Made by a program: the position numbers and the translations under genes
The notes under the pieces: generated by a model
Told to the model about the DNA's origin: nothing
The model's input: only the letters and a program-made list of their open reading frames with translations
The model's database searches: none
Shown here: positions 55,428-64,000 of the stretch, piece by piece
Numbering within the stretch: the stretch's first letter is position 1
Layout: each line of letters starts with the position of its first letter
Assembly: GCA_040756875.1 (NCBI GenBank)
Contig: JBFLYH010000003.1
Location: 320,001-384,000, forward strand
Direction of reading: 5' to 3'
Length of the DNA stretch: 64,000 nt
Source of the DNA: a candidate division FCPU426 bacterium
GTDB lineage: Bacteria > Oederibacteriota > JAAXVQ01 > JAUVAV01

Positions 55428-56441
55428 TTAATTCTCTTGGGAACCTATTTTTATTTCGTCAAAAGTCGTTCCCGTTCCATCAACACTACCTTCAATAAGC
55501 AAGTCAATATGAAAAGACTTAGTTCCGCTCCAAACAGGCGCTGACGCATTGATGTCTATATAATGAATTCCCGCGTTTAAGTATTCGCAGATGAGTTTGC
55601 GTGAACCATCATCTAAAAAAACCTTAAATGCTGTGCCACTGTCAATCTGTGTTACAACGATCCGCATGTATTTAAATGTATCAAAGTTCAATGTCATGCC
55701 GTCCGATTCTACGTGCCCATATCCCTTGGCACCAGACACAAGAGCGACTTTTGCAGCACCTTTAGGTTGCCCGAGGCCGCTTGTGCGTATGGTGGCATTG
55801 TCCACGTCCCACCAACTTCCTGGCCGGACATCGTCGCCCAGATCCTCAAAATGTTCGACATACCCGTTCGTGGATTGTTTATAAATCCAGACTTCGTCAA
55901 AACGAGTGCCGGTATTGGCCGTAGCACTTTCCACAAGCAAGTCAATGTGAAATGATTTATTCCCGCTCCATATCGGCGCGGTGGCGTTAATGCCGATATC
56001 ATGAACACCCACTCCCAGACCGCTCGCGATTTCTTTTCGTGCCCCATCATCCAGAAAAACCTTGAAAGCTGTGGCGCTATCAACAGATAGTATCACCAGT
56101 CTAACGGTATCCAATGTATCAAAATTCAAGGTCATGCCGTCCGATTCAACATGACCGTAGTTTTTACTTGTAGTCGCAAGCGACACTTTTGCTGTCCCTT
56201 TGGGTTGCCCGGTTCCGCTCGTACGAATGACGGCATTGTCAACATCCCACCAGCTTCCCGGACGCACATCATCGCCTGTTTCTTCGTAATGCTCCAAATA
56301 GGGCGTAGTGGGGGCCGACACATCCAGAAAAGTCACTGTTATGGGAAAGGAAAGACTTACGGCGGCAAAAAGTCGGGTTGAATAAGACGTAGTCAGTACA
56401 GTAAAAACCAACAATCCGCTAAAAAAAACATGGTTCTTCAT
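55428..56441 (-). CDS. Secreted hypothetical protein with two tandem ~146-aa domains
   Basis: Signal-like N-terminus, gapless internal duplication, lower GC than the flanks. Confidence 0.82.
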   Translation of the reverse strand: MKNHVFFSGLLVFTVLTTSYSTRLFAAVSLSFPITVTFLDVSAPTTPYLEHYEETGDDVRPGSWWDVDNAVIRTSGTGQPKGTAKVSLATTSKNYGHVESDGMTLNFDTLDTVRLVILSVDSATAFKVFLDDGARKEIASGLGVGVHDIGINATAPIWSGNKSFHIDLLVESATANTGTRFDEVWIYKQSTNGYVEHFEDLGDDVRPGSWWDVDNATIRTSGLGQPKGAAKVALVSGAKGYGHVESDGMTLNFDTFKYMRIVVTQIDSGTAFKVFLDDGSRKLICEYLNAGIHYIDINASAPVWSGTKSFHIDLLIEGSVDGTGTTFDEIKIGSQEN

Positions 56442-56580
56442 GATGCATTTGCGGGATTCAGAAAACAAGGATAACACCTCGCTTTTAAACCTTAAAATCG
56501 TATTATATAGTAATTAGACTCTCCGGGCGACCAGTAATTTCAACAAAATAAGGTGTCTTCGAGAAGTATTTAGGCGTGTG

Positions 56581-57744
56581 CTAGCGCCAGCTGGGGACGA
56601 GGTTGTCGTAGTAGCTGCGGGTGAGGTTGCGGACGTGCTGGCCATCGGCGTCCATAATGAAGATATTCCAGGCGTTTTCCCAGCGCGCCACGTAGGCGAT
56701 CAAGGTGCCGTCGGGTGAAAAAATCGGGTCATCCTTGTCCATTTCGTCGTCCGTAATGCGGTAATACTTCTGCCAATTGAGGTCGTAGATATAAAGCTGC
56801 CGCGTCATGCGGTCCAGGGAGTTGGAGGAAAAAACCATCTTGTTGCCCACCGGCGAAAATACCGGATCGCCCATGTAGGTCAGCTCGTCGGTCTCGATCA
56901 GGGGAATCGGCTTTTGGTCCTGCAATTTCATCATAAATATTTCGCTGCGGTTGTTGCGGCTTGATTCCAGGGAAACGTAGGCCCCGTCGGGCGAAAATCC
57001 GTAGCCGTGCGTGTGCCCGAACCAGTGGGTCAACTGCCGCATCTGACTGCCGTCCGCACTGATGATTCCGGTTTCGGCGCTTCCATCCCGGTGCGTTGTG
57101 TACAGCAACGAACGGCCGTCTGGGCTCCAGAAGGGGTTGGTTTTATCCCCCACGCCGTGCGTCACTTGACGGATGGCGCGGGTGGCCAGGTCCATGACAT
57201 AGATTTGATAGGTGCTCGTGCGGTTGGAAGAAAAAGCCAGACAATGCCCGTCGTAGGAAAGATGCGGATCGCGGTCAAAGGCATTCGATTCCATCAGGCG
57301 TTCGCAGTGATTGCCGTCCGCATCCATCAAATACAACTGGTAATGACGCCCATCGCTCCGGTTTGACGCAAAGGCTATTTTGCGCAGGATGCCGCCGCCT
57401 GCAGGCGTTGGTGTAGGCACGGGCGTGGTTTGTACCAGCGGAGGAAAAGTCGGGCGTTCGGCCAGGTAAAGGGTTTTGGGCTGGGAGAGAATTCTCGGCA
57501 AAGGCGCCACGGCGGCGGCCAGCACGGGTTCGCCGGCTGCAAGCGCCTCCACTGAAGCCGCAATGGTAACCGGTGTTGGATGATATCCGAAAACGAAAAT
57601 CAATATTAGAATAATCAGCGCCAATAATGTGACGCTTTTTAAAAAGGTTCCTTCATCATCAATGAAAGATGAAACGAACCAGCTTTTCAAATTTGCCCTC
57701 CATATATGGTATTTGCCATTAATATGATACGCTTTATGGGGCAT
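56581..57744 (-). CDS. TolB-like beta-propeller (PD40 repeats) with N-terminal membrane anchor
   Basis: IAFASNR, PHLSYDG, PFWSPDG, FSPDG repeats. One hydrophobic helix and a Pro-rich linker. Start uncertain. Confidence 0.82.
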   Translation of the reverse strand: MPHKAYHINGKYHIWRANLKSWFVSSFIDDEGTFLKSVTLLALIILILIFVFGYHPTPVTIAASVEALAAGEPVLAAAVAPLPRILSQPKTLYLAERPTFPPLVQTTPVPTPTPAGGGILRKIAFASNRSDGRHYQLYLMDADGNHCERLMESNAFDRDPHLSYDGHCLAFSSNRTSTYQIYVMDLATRAIRQVTHGVGDKTNPFWSPDGRSLLYTTHRDGSAETGIISADGSQMRQLTHWFGHTHGYGFSPDGAYVSLESSRNNRSEIFMMKLQDQKPIPLIETDELTYMGDPVFSPVGNKMVFSSNSLDRMTRQLYIYDLNWQKYYRITDDEMDKDDPIFSPDGTLIAYVARWENAWNIFIMDADGQHVRNLTRSYYDNLVPSWR

Positions 57745-57870
57745 ATGTCAATTTGAAAAACATATTTTTTGTATTTAATAAAGTTATTATCAAAACCTCA
57801 TGTTCGTCATCAAGAATATCCTTATTATCATTGATTTTTAAGCATTTTATTAAAAGTTTTATACAGTTTT

Positions 57871-58590
57871 TTAGCTTTTCCCGGCCTGTACAGGCTTCAA
57901 ACCTAAAAGCGATGCGATTTGTTTCATGTCCTCCCAAGCCAGACGTTTATTTTGCGGATGATAGAGCAAGGCCGCGGGATGAAAGGTCGGCACCAGCGCC
58001 ACCCCCTGAAAGCGATGGACTTTGCCCCTCATTTTCCCGATCGGTTCCTGGGTATCCAGGAGCGTTTGAGTGGCATACGTTCCGAGCGTGCAGATAACCT
58101 CGGGTTTGAGCAATTCCAACTGCTGCTGCAGCCAGTCCCGGCAAGCGCTGATTTCTTCTGGTTGGGGATTCCGGTTCCCGGGCGGACGGCATTTGAGGAC
58201 GTTGCAGATGTAAACTTTTTCCCGCCGCAACCCGATCGCTTCCAACATGCGCGTCAGCAGCTGGCCCGCGGCGCCGACAAAAGGCCGCCCTTGCCGGTCT
58301 TCTTCCGCGCCCGGCGCCTCGCCGACCAGAACCAGCCGCGCCCGCGGGTCACCTTCGCCGAAAACCACGCGCTGGCGGCTCTTGTGCAGGGCGCATTTCG
58401 TGCAATGGGCGGCTTCCCCGGCCAAAGCGTCCATCCGGGGATCTGCCGGTTGTTTTCCGGAAACGGGCCGGACGCCCCGCGCCGGGCGATAGAAAAAGTC
58501 GGCCGCATCATCTCCATCCAGGCGCCGGCGCACATACCGCTTCAATTGCCCGGCTATGGATTCCATTTTTTTCCTCGGTTGCTCGGACAT
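57871..58590 (-). CDS. udg: Uracil-DNA glycosylase family 4 (Fe-S)
   Basis: [31 protein letters not shown]. Confidence 0.93.
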   Translation of the reverse strand: MSEQPRKKMESIAGQLKRYVRRRLDGDDAADFFYRPARGVRPVSGKQPADPRMDALAGEAAHCTKCALHKSRQRVVFGEGDPRARLVLVGEAPGAEEDRQGRPFVGAAGQLLTRMLEAIGLRREKVYICNVLKCRPPGNRNPQPEEISACRDWLQQQLELLKPEVICTLGTYATQTLLDTQEPIGKMRGKVHRFQGVALVPTFHPAALLYHPQNKRLAWEDMKQIASLLGLKPVQAGKS

Positions 58591-58655
58591 CGTTCTCCCG
58601 GATTGCAATGGCATTATAATCAAACGGACTGATCGCCGTCTGCGCTGGCCGGAGG

Positions 58656-59612
58656 TTACCAGGACACCGCCAGGGAAAAGACGTGATTCAAACCCTCGCC
58701 GGGCATTCGCTCCGTCGCCAAAGCGTAGTCCAGCTGCAGCGTGACCCGCTCGCCGAGACGGAAGTTACCGCTGGCGCCGGCGGTCCAGCGCCCATTGTCC
58801 AAACCCGTGCGCACGGCCAAAGCCGGAAGCGCTTGATATTCGACGCCCGCGTGGTACCGGTAGTTCCTGACCGCGGCCGGAGCGTGAAGATACTCGGCGT
58901 CAGCGTCGCAGGAAGCCCGCAGCCCGGTGTCACCCAGCTGGTACATGACCCCGGCCCGAATAAGCCAGGGCACCCGGTCCTGATACCCGCCCGGCCAGTT
59001 GAGGGAACTGTACACGTCCTGCAACATCAAACCCCAACTCCAATCCGGATCCAGTTGGTGCCAAACCGCCAGGTCGAGGCCGAATCCACTGGCCGATGTG
59101 CCGTCCAAGGATTGCAGCAGAAGCTTGAGATTGCTGCCCACGCCCAACCCGGGCCCCAAGCCGGAAGCGAGCGACAGCAGGAGGGCGTTCTCTGAATCGG
59201 AAAACATGTGATCCGGCAGCGGCCGATTCTCTTCCCGGGCTTCCAGGTCGCTGCCAGCCGAAAAATTGATCCAGGTTCCCGCGTAGGCGTACGATCCGCC
59301 GGTGGCGTTGACGTCGGCATGGGTGAAGCCGAGGAAATTCCAGGCCCGCTCCCATCCCAAAACCGAGGTCTGTGCCAGCACCCGGTCGCCGGCCAGAAAC
59401 GGCAGTTTGCCCGGATTCCAATAGGCGGCCGAAGCATCATCCGCGGCCGCGGTCTGGGCACCACCCATTCCCACTCCCCTGGCGCCGGCGCCGGCCCGCA
59501 GGTACGGCGCTGCACCGCCGCCCTCGGCCCGAACCTGCGGGACCCAGGCCATGAGCAGGCATCCTGCCAGCAAAACCCCCGACAGGCGCGGCCACGCGGC
59601 AAGGTTTTTCAA
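58656..59612 (-). CDS. PorV/PorQ (UPF0164)-like outer-membrane barrel protein
   Basis: Signal peptide, YLRAGAGARGVGMGGA..A.ADDASAAYWNPG signature, GFGLDL, LDYA, C-terminal Trp. Confidence 0.82.
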   Translation of the reverse strand: MKNLAAWPRLSGVLLAGCLLMAWVPQVRAEGGGAAPYLRAGAGARGVGMGGAQTAAADDASAAYWNPGKLPFLAGDRVLAQTSVLGWERAWNFLGFTHADVNATGGSYAYAGTWINFSAGSDLEAREENRPLPDHMFSDSENALLLSLASGLGPGLGVGSNLKLLLQSLDGTSASGFGLDLAVWHQLDPDWSWGLMLQDVYSSLNWPGGYQDRVPWLIRAGVMYQLGDTGLRASCDADAEYLHAPAAVRNYRYHAGVEYQALPALAVRTGLDNGRWTAGASGNFRLGERVTLQLDYALATERMPGEGLNHVFSLAVSW

Positions 59613-61258
59613 TTTCGCACCACGATTTTATTCATATACGTCTTGCCGCCGATCTCCAAAACAAAAGGATAAACGCCGTTGGCCGCCAAATCGCCGGATT
59701 CGTTCCGTCCGTTCCAGCCGATCACGCCCCCCGCATGCACCGCAGCGCCCTGAAGTTCGAGCGTCCGCACCAGGGTGCCGAGGGAATCGAAGATCCGAAC
59801 GCTGGCTGTCTGGCCGGTCGCGGCTTCCGGAATGACAATATAGGTTTGTTCCCCGCGGGCGGGGCGGAAGGGATTGGGATAGTTGTACGAGGGGCGGCTC
59901 CCGCCGGCCGCTTTAAAAGTGTATTGCCGCGTCAGCGCCCGGTAAAGGTTGACCCGCCCCCATCCCAGCTCGGGATTCCAGCCGTCCGCGTCCGCGGCCA
60001 GGCTTCCGGTCTTGTCCGCCGTGGTGATCAGCAGGTTAAGCACTTCTGCGGACGTACGGTTGGGGTCCTGCATCCACAGCATGGCCGCGCAGCCCGAAAC
60101 CACGGGCGCGGACATGGACGTGCCGTAGGCGTAGGCATAGGCGTCCGGCGCATCGTAAAACGTACTGAGAATCTTGCCCGCATCGGCTCCTGGATTGCCG
60201 CCGGGCGCAGCCAGGTCGATATAATCGTGGTAAATGGAATACCCGGCCCGGGCGCCCGTGGAATCACACGCTGCGACCGCCACGACCTCCGGGTAAGCGG
60301 CCGGATAAACGACGGGGTTGTAGGTGGGATCGCCGGTGTCGTTGTTGCCGCCCGAAGCCACGACCAGGCAGCCGCGCTGGACGGCATACTGGACGGCCTC
60401 CTCCATAACCTGCCCGCTGGCCGTTCCTCCCAAGCTGAGATTGAGCACCTTGGTGCCCTGATCCGCGGCCCAAATGATCGCCTGGGCGATGTCATAATCA
60501 TTCCCGGAGGGGATGGTCCCGGCCGGCCCGCCCAGGACCTTGACCGGCATGAGCCGGATCCCCGCGTGACTGGCCGTGCCCGCCACGCCCAGGCTGTTGC
60601 CCGTGGCCGCGGCTGCGATGCCGGCCACATGCGTGCCATGGCCCTGAATGTCAGAGGCATCGCCGCCCACGTCGTAAAAGTCCCGGCCCGGCACCAAGCG
60701 GCTGATCAAATCCTCGTGCTGAAGCGCAATGCCGCTGTCCAGGATGGCGATGACCACGGTGCGCCCGGCCGAAGGTGCGGGCAAAATGGCTTCAGCCCAC
60801 ACCCGGTCCGCGCCCACGGCTTCCACCCACCACTGGCTGCCGTTTTGATAATAGGGATCGTTCGGTCCGTTAGACAGGGGGGACAAGGCGGCGCGGCGAT
60901 AGTTCGGTTGGGCGTAAAGCACGGCCGGGGAATCCTGCAGTTGCCGCAGCACCAGGGAAGGGACCCGGCTGTCCGTCAGGCGCAGGCGTTCCACGCCCAG
61001 ATTGGGAATGCGGTCCCACGCGCGCGTGCCGGTGGCCTGCATCAGGGCGCTGCGCAACTGCGGAAGTTCAGCCTCGGTAATGCCCAGTTGTTTTTGCTCG
61101 GCCCCGGTCAGACGGGTGCGGAATTTGACCAGGACCACGCCCGGCACGGCGTCTTCCGGGCCCGGCAGGGGCGCGCCGGCCAAGACCGGCCAGGTCCAGA
61201 GGGCCAGGCAGAGTGCCGCTACCGAGCGGATGAACCACCGGAAAGTCAAGGTTGCCAA
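59609..61258 (-). CDS. S8 serine protease with FlgD-Ig/T9SS-like CTD
   Basis: ILDSGI, GHGTHVAG, GTSMSAP. C-terminal NYPNPF...IFDSLG...WNGRNESG...ANGVY...KIVVRN. Confidence 0.92.
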   Translation of the reverse strand: MATLTFRWFIRSVAALCLALWTWPVLAGAPLPGPEDAVPGVVLVKFRTRLTGAEQKQLGITEAELPQLRSALMQATGTRAWDRIPNLGVERLRLTDSRVPSLVLRQLQDSPAVLYAQPNYRRAALSPLSNGPNDPYYQNGSQWWVEAVGADRVWAEAILPAPSAGRTVVIAILDSGIALQHEDLISRLVPGRDFYDVGGDASDIQGHGTHVAGIAAAATGNSLGVAGTASHAGIRLMPVKVLGGPAGTIPSGNDYDIAQAIIWAADQGTKVLNLSLGGTASGQVMEEAVQYAVQRGCLVVASGGNNDTGDPTYNPVVYPAAYPEVVAVAACDSTGARAGYSIYHDYIDLAAPGGNPGADAGKILSTFYDAPDAYAYAYGTSMSAPVVSGCAAMLWMQDPNRTSAEVLNLLITTADKTGSLAADADGWNPELGWGRVNLYRALTRQYTFKAAGGSRPSYNYPNPFRPARGEQTYIVIPEAATGQTASVRIFDSLGTLVRTLELQGAAVHAGGVIGWNGRNESGDLAANGVYPFVLEIGGKTYMNKIVVRN

Positions 61259-61282
61259 CAGGCTGGTCTTCCCTTCTGAGGT

Positions 61283-62476
61283 TTAACGGGCGAGCTTCTG
61301 CTCCAGACGGTCGCAAACCAGGTCGGCGACGCGGGCTTTGGACTGCCGGGAAACGGCTTCCCGTCCGCCCTCCCGGTCCAGGATAAGAACCGCTGCTTCA
61401 TCAGACGCAAAGGCGTCGTCTGGGCCCGAGGCCTGGTTGGCGATCAGCAGATCTAATTTTTTGGCTGCCAGCTTGTCGCGGCCCCGCTTCTCCAGTTCTT
61501 CGGTTTCCGCCGCAAATCCTACCAGAATCTGGCCGGTTTTGCGTTCCCCCAACTCCTTCAGAATGTCCGGGTTGGGCAGCAGCTCCAGTGCCGGCGGAGT
61601 CTGGCCTTTTTTCAATTTTCCGGTTTGGGGATGGGCGGGCCGGAAATCCGAAACCGCAGCCGCGGCAATGACCACGTCGGCGTTTGGGAATTCAGCCAGG
61701 GTCGCGGCATGCATCTCCACGGCCGTGATGACCGGGATGACCCGTACGCCGGGCGGCGGAACCAGTTCGACCGGCCCCAGCACCAGGGTGACATGGGCTC
61801 CCCGCCGGGCTGCCGCGGCCGCCAGCGCCAGACCCATTTTCCCCGTGGACCGGTTGGAGAGAAAACGTACGGCATCCCAGGGTTCGCGGGTCGGTCCGGC
61901 TGTGATGAGCACGCGCTTGCCGGCCAGAGGGCCGGCCGGGGACAGCCTCCGTTCGACTGCGGCCACAATTTCCTCGACCGGCGCCAGGCGGCCCCGGCCG
62001 GTTTCGCCGCAGGCCAGCTCGCCTTGGGCCGGAAGCACCCACTGGTGCCCCATCTGCTCCAAAGCGCGGACATGGGCCTGAGTGAGCGGATGCTCCCACA
62101 TGCGCACGTTCATGGCCGGCGCCCATATCACCGGCGCGCGCGTGTCCAGGAGCAAGGCGGCCAGCAGGTCGTCGGCCCGTCCCTGGGCCGCGCGGGCGAT
62201 GCTGTCCGCCGTGGCGGGCGCCACGAGGACCAACTCGGCCCACTGGGCGAGGGAAATGTGCGGAACCGGCGAGGCCGGATCGGCGAAAAACTCCGTCACC
62301 ACCGGCCGCTGGGTCAGGGTGCGCAGGGTCAGCGGCGTGATGAAGCGGCAGGCATTGGCCGTCATGACCGCGGTGACTTCGCACCCGGCCCGCACCAGTT
62401 GGCGCGCCAGTTCAGCCGCCTTGTAGGCCGCAATGCTGCCTGTCACGCCCAGCAGGATGCGGCGGCCGGCCAGCAT
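61283..62476 (-). CDS. coaBC: Bifunctional PPC decarboxylase / PPC synthetase
   Basis: GVTGSIAAYKA, APATA, APAMNVRMW, TAGPTRE, NRSTGKMG, AAAVSDF, GFAAET. Confidence 0.97.
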   Translation of the reverse strand: MLAGRRILLGVTGSIAAYKAAELARQLVRAGCEVTAVMTANACRFITPLTLRTLTQRPVVTEFFADPASPVPHISLAQWAELVLVAPATADSIARAAQGRADDLLAALLLDTRAPVIWAPAMNVRMWEHPLTQAHVRALEQMGHQWVLPAQGELACGETGRGRLAPVEEIVAAVERRLSPAGPLAGKRVLITAGPTREPWDAVRFLSNRSTGKMGLALAAAAARRGAHVTLVLGPVELVPPPGVRVIPVITAVEMHAATLAEFPNADVVIAAAAVSDFRPAHPQTGKLKKGQTPPALELLPNPDILKELGERKTGQILVGFAAETEELEKRGRDKLAAKKLDLLIANQASGPDDAFASDEAAVLILDREGGREAVSRQSKARVADLVCDRLEQKLAR

Positions 62477-62482
62477 GAAGCG

Positions 62483-62692
62483 TCAGCCTTTCAGCGGGGA
62501 GGCCGGGTCGGTTTCCTGGCCCTGCTGCTTGAGGTATTCGTGCAAGGCCTGGCTGGTGACTTTGCGATTGGACGGCAGGTCCGAGGTGATGGCCGCGTCG
62601 GCCAACTGCCGGGCCAGGACCGACATGCGGGTCACGGCCTCATATTTGCTCCCGAGTTTGTCCACGATCTTTTCAAAATCCAAGTGGTGCAT
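62483..62692 (-). CDS. rpoZ: RNA polymerase omega subunit
   Basis: KLGSKYEAV...ARQL...KVTSQALHE. Located between gmk and coaBC. AAGGAGG SD. Confidence 0.85.
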   Translation of the reverse strand: MHHLDFEKIVDKLGSKYEAVTRMSVLARQLADAAITSDLPSNRKVTSQALHEYLKQQGQETDPASPLKG

Positions 62693-62792
62693 GATGCAAG
62701 TTCCTCCTTGATGATATAAAGCTGTTATGCCACAGCGTACACGCGTGGGGCAAAGTGGATAGACCGATGCGCGCTGCGGTTTTATCCCACGA

Positions 62793-63368
62793 CTACCGCT
62801 TCCGGCGCAGGCGTTCGGCGGTGATGATGGCCTCGACCTGGCGTACTGCCCGCGCCAACGTGTGGTTGACCACCACATAATCATACGCATCGGCCTGGGT
62901 CATTTCCCAGCGCGCGTTGCGCAGCCGTTGGCGGATAATTTTCCTGCTGTCCGTGCCACGCCGCCGCAGCCGTTCGGCCAGCACGCGGTACGTGGGCGGT
63001 TTGACGAAAATCAGCACGGCCTCGGGGTCCTGCTTTTTGACCGCCAGGCCCCCTTGAACATCGATGACCAGGATCACGTCCCGGTCGCCGCGGCGCCGGC
63101 GGGCGATTTCGCTCCGCAGGGTTCCGTAATAATGGCCGTGGACCTTCGCCCATTCCAAAAAACAGCCGGCGCGCAAGTGCCGTTTGAAGGTGGCTTCGTT
63201 CCAAAAGTAATATTCGCGCCCGTGCTGTTCGCGTCCGCGGCGGGGCCGGGTGGTGGCGGATATGCTCCGGCTCAATTTCCGGTCGCGGCGCAGGAGCTGC
63301 TCGCAGATGGTGGTTTTGCCGCCGCCCGAAGGGGCCGACAAGACCAGCAACCGTCCGGTTCCACGCAT
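62793..63368 (-). CDS. gmk: Guanylate kinase
   Basis: SAPSGGGKTT, SATTRPRR, GREYYF, YYGT, IDVQG. Confidence 0.96.
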   Translation of the reverse strand: MRGTGRLLVLSAPSGGGKTTICEQLLRRDRKLSRSISATTRPRRGREQHGREYYFWNEATFKRHLRAGCFLEWAKVHGHYYGTLRSEIARRRRGDRDVILVIDVQGGLAVKKQDPEAVLIFVKPPTYRVLAERLRRRGTDSRKIIRQRLRNARWEMTQADAYDYVVVNHTLARAVRQVEAIITAERLRRKR

Positions 63369-63381
63369 CGCCGCCTCCGGC

Positions 63382-64000
63382 CTACTCCAGATTCTGCACC
63401 TGCTCGCGGATTTTTTCCATTTCTTCCTTCAGTCCCACCACCTGGTGGGCCAGTTTGGCGTCCACGGACTTGGCGCCGAGGGTGTTGAGTTCCCGGCCGA
63501 TTTCCTGAAGCAGGAAATCCATTTGCCGCCCCACGGGTTCCCCGGCCGACAGCAACTGGTGGAACTGCTCCAAATGCGAACGGAGCCGGACGACTTCCTC
63601 GGTCACGTCGGACCGCAATTGTTTGCTGATCAATTCCTGCACCAGGCGCCGGTTGTCCGCCTCCTTGGCGCCCAGCCAATCCGCCACTTTCAACCGCATC
63701 TGCTGTTCCTGCCGCCGCCAGCTTTCCCGGGCGGCCAGTTCCACGGGGGTCAAGCGGTGCTGGATGTAGTTCACCCGGCGGCGGATGTCCTGGCCCAGGC
63801 GCCGCCCTTCGGTCAGGCGCATTTGGGCGAGACGCCGCAAAGCCTTCAGCAGGGCCTGCTTGACCAGCGGCCGGATGGGCGCGGTCTCGACCGGCCTCTC
63901 CTCGACGCGTACAACATCCGGCAGCCGCACCAACAGCGACAGATCCAGGGCGGAAGCAAGCTTGAGGCGCTTGCCGGCGGCGCGCAAGGCTTTGAGATAT
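63382..64000 (-). CDS. yicC: YicC/YloC family endoribonuclease (5' end outside the window)
   Basis: DVTEEVVRLRSHL, GRQMDFLLQEIGRELNTLGAK, EKIREQVQNLE. Confidence 0.93.
   Translation of the reverse strand, partial: YLKALRAAGKRLKLASALDLSLLVRLPDVVRVEERPVETAPIRPLVKQALLKALRRLAQMRLTEGRRLGQDIRRRVNYIQHRLTPVELAARESWRRQEQQMRLKVADWLGAKEADNRRLVQELISKQLRSDVTEEVVRLRSHLEQFHQLLSAGEPVGRQMDFLLQEIGRELNTLGAKSVDAKLAHQVVGLKEEMEKIREQVQNLE

Noticed and set aside
55200-57900. Prophage or integrative element in the low-GC patches
   Set aside because: No integrase, transposase, phage gene or flanking direct repeats seen.

Overview
High-GC bacterial chromosomal segment, almost entirely on the minus strand and dominated by housekeeping genes: parA (partial), comM, dnaE, guaAB, groESL with a variant CIRCE, an FtsH-like protease, spoVS, rsmI, dusB, tsaD, ctpA-envC-ftsXE, csaB, mltG, ruvX, alaS, recX, RNase P RNA, lemA, fmt-def-priA, udg, coaBC-rpoZ-gmk-yicC (partial). 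I found no integrase, transposase, tRNA, rRNA or CRISPR array. Gene order and markers (spoVS, csaB with a DUF5693-like gene, CIRCE) look Firmicutes/Terrabacteria-like, yet the window also encodes outer-membrane features, which suggests an uncultured diderm lineage (inference). Two accessory envelope blocks (about 33.1-39.3 kb and 52.3-61.3 kb) interrupt otherwise conserved gene orders. Most notable: (i) four secreted proteins sharing a T9SS/FlgD-Ig-like C-terminal domain plus a PorV/PorQ-like barrel; (ii) an operon of an OM beta-barrel and two lipoproteins with a shared N-terminal motif; (iii) a perfect 20-bp inverted copy of the guaA 3' end, a known integration hotspot; (iv) a catalytically degenerate NadE with an Arg-rich disordered tail; (v) an AT-rich, probably replaced 3' end of alaS; (vi) a structured guaB leader; (vii) several families of short periodic or inverted intergenic repeats. 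All family assignments come from motif recognition by eye, not database searches.
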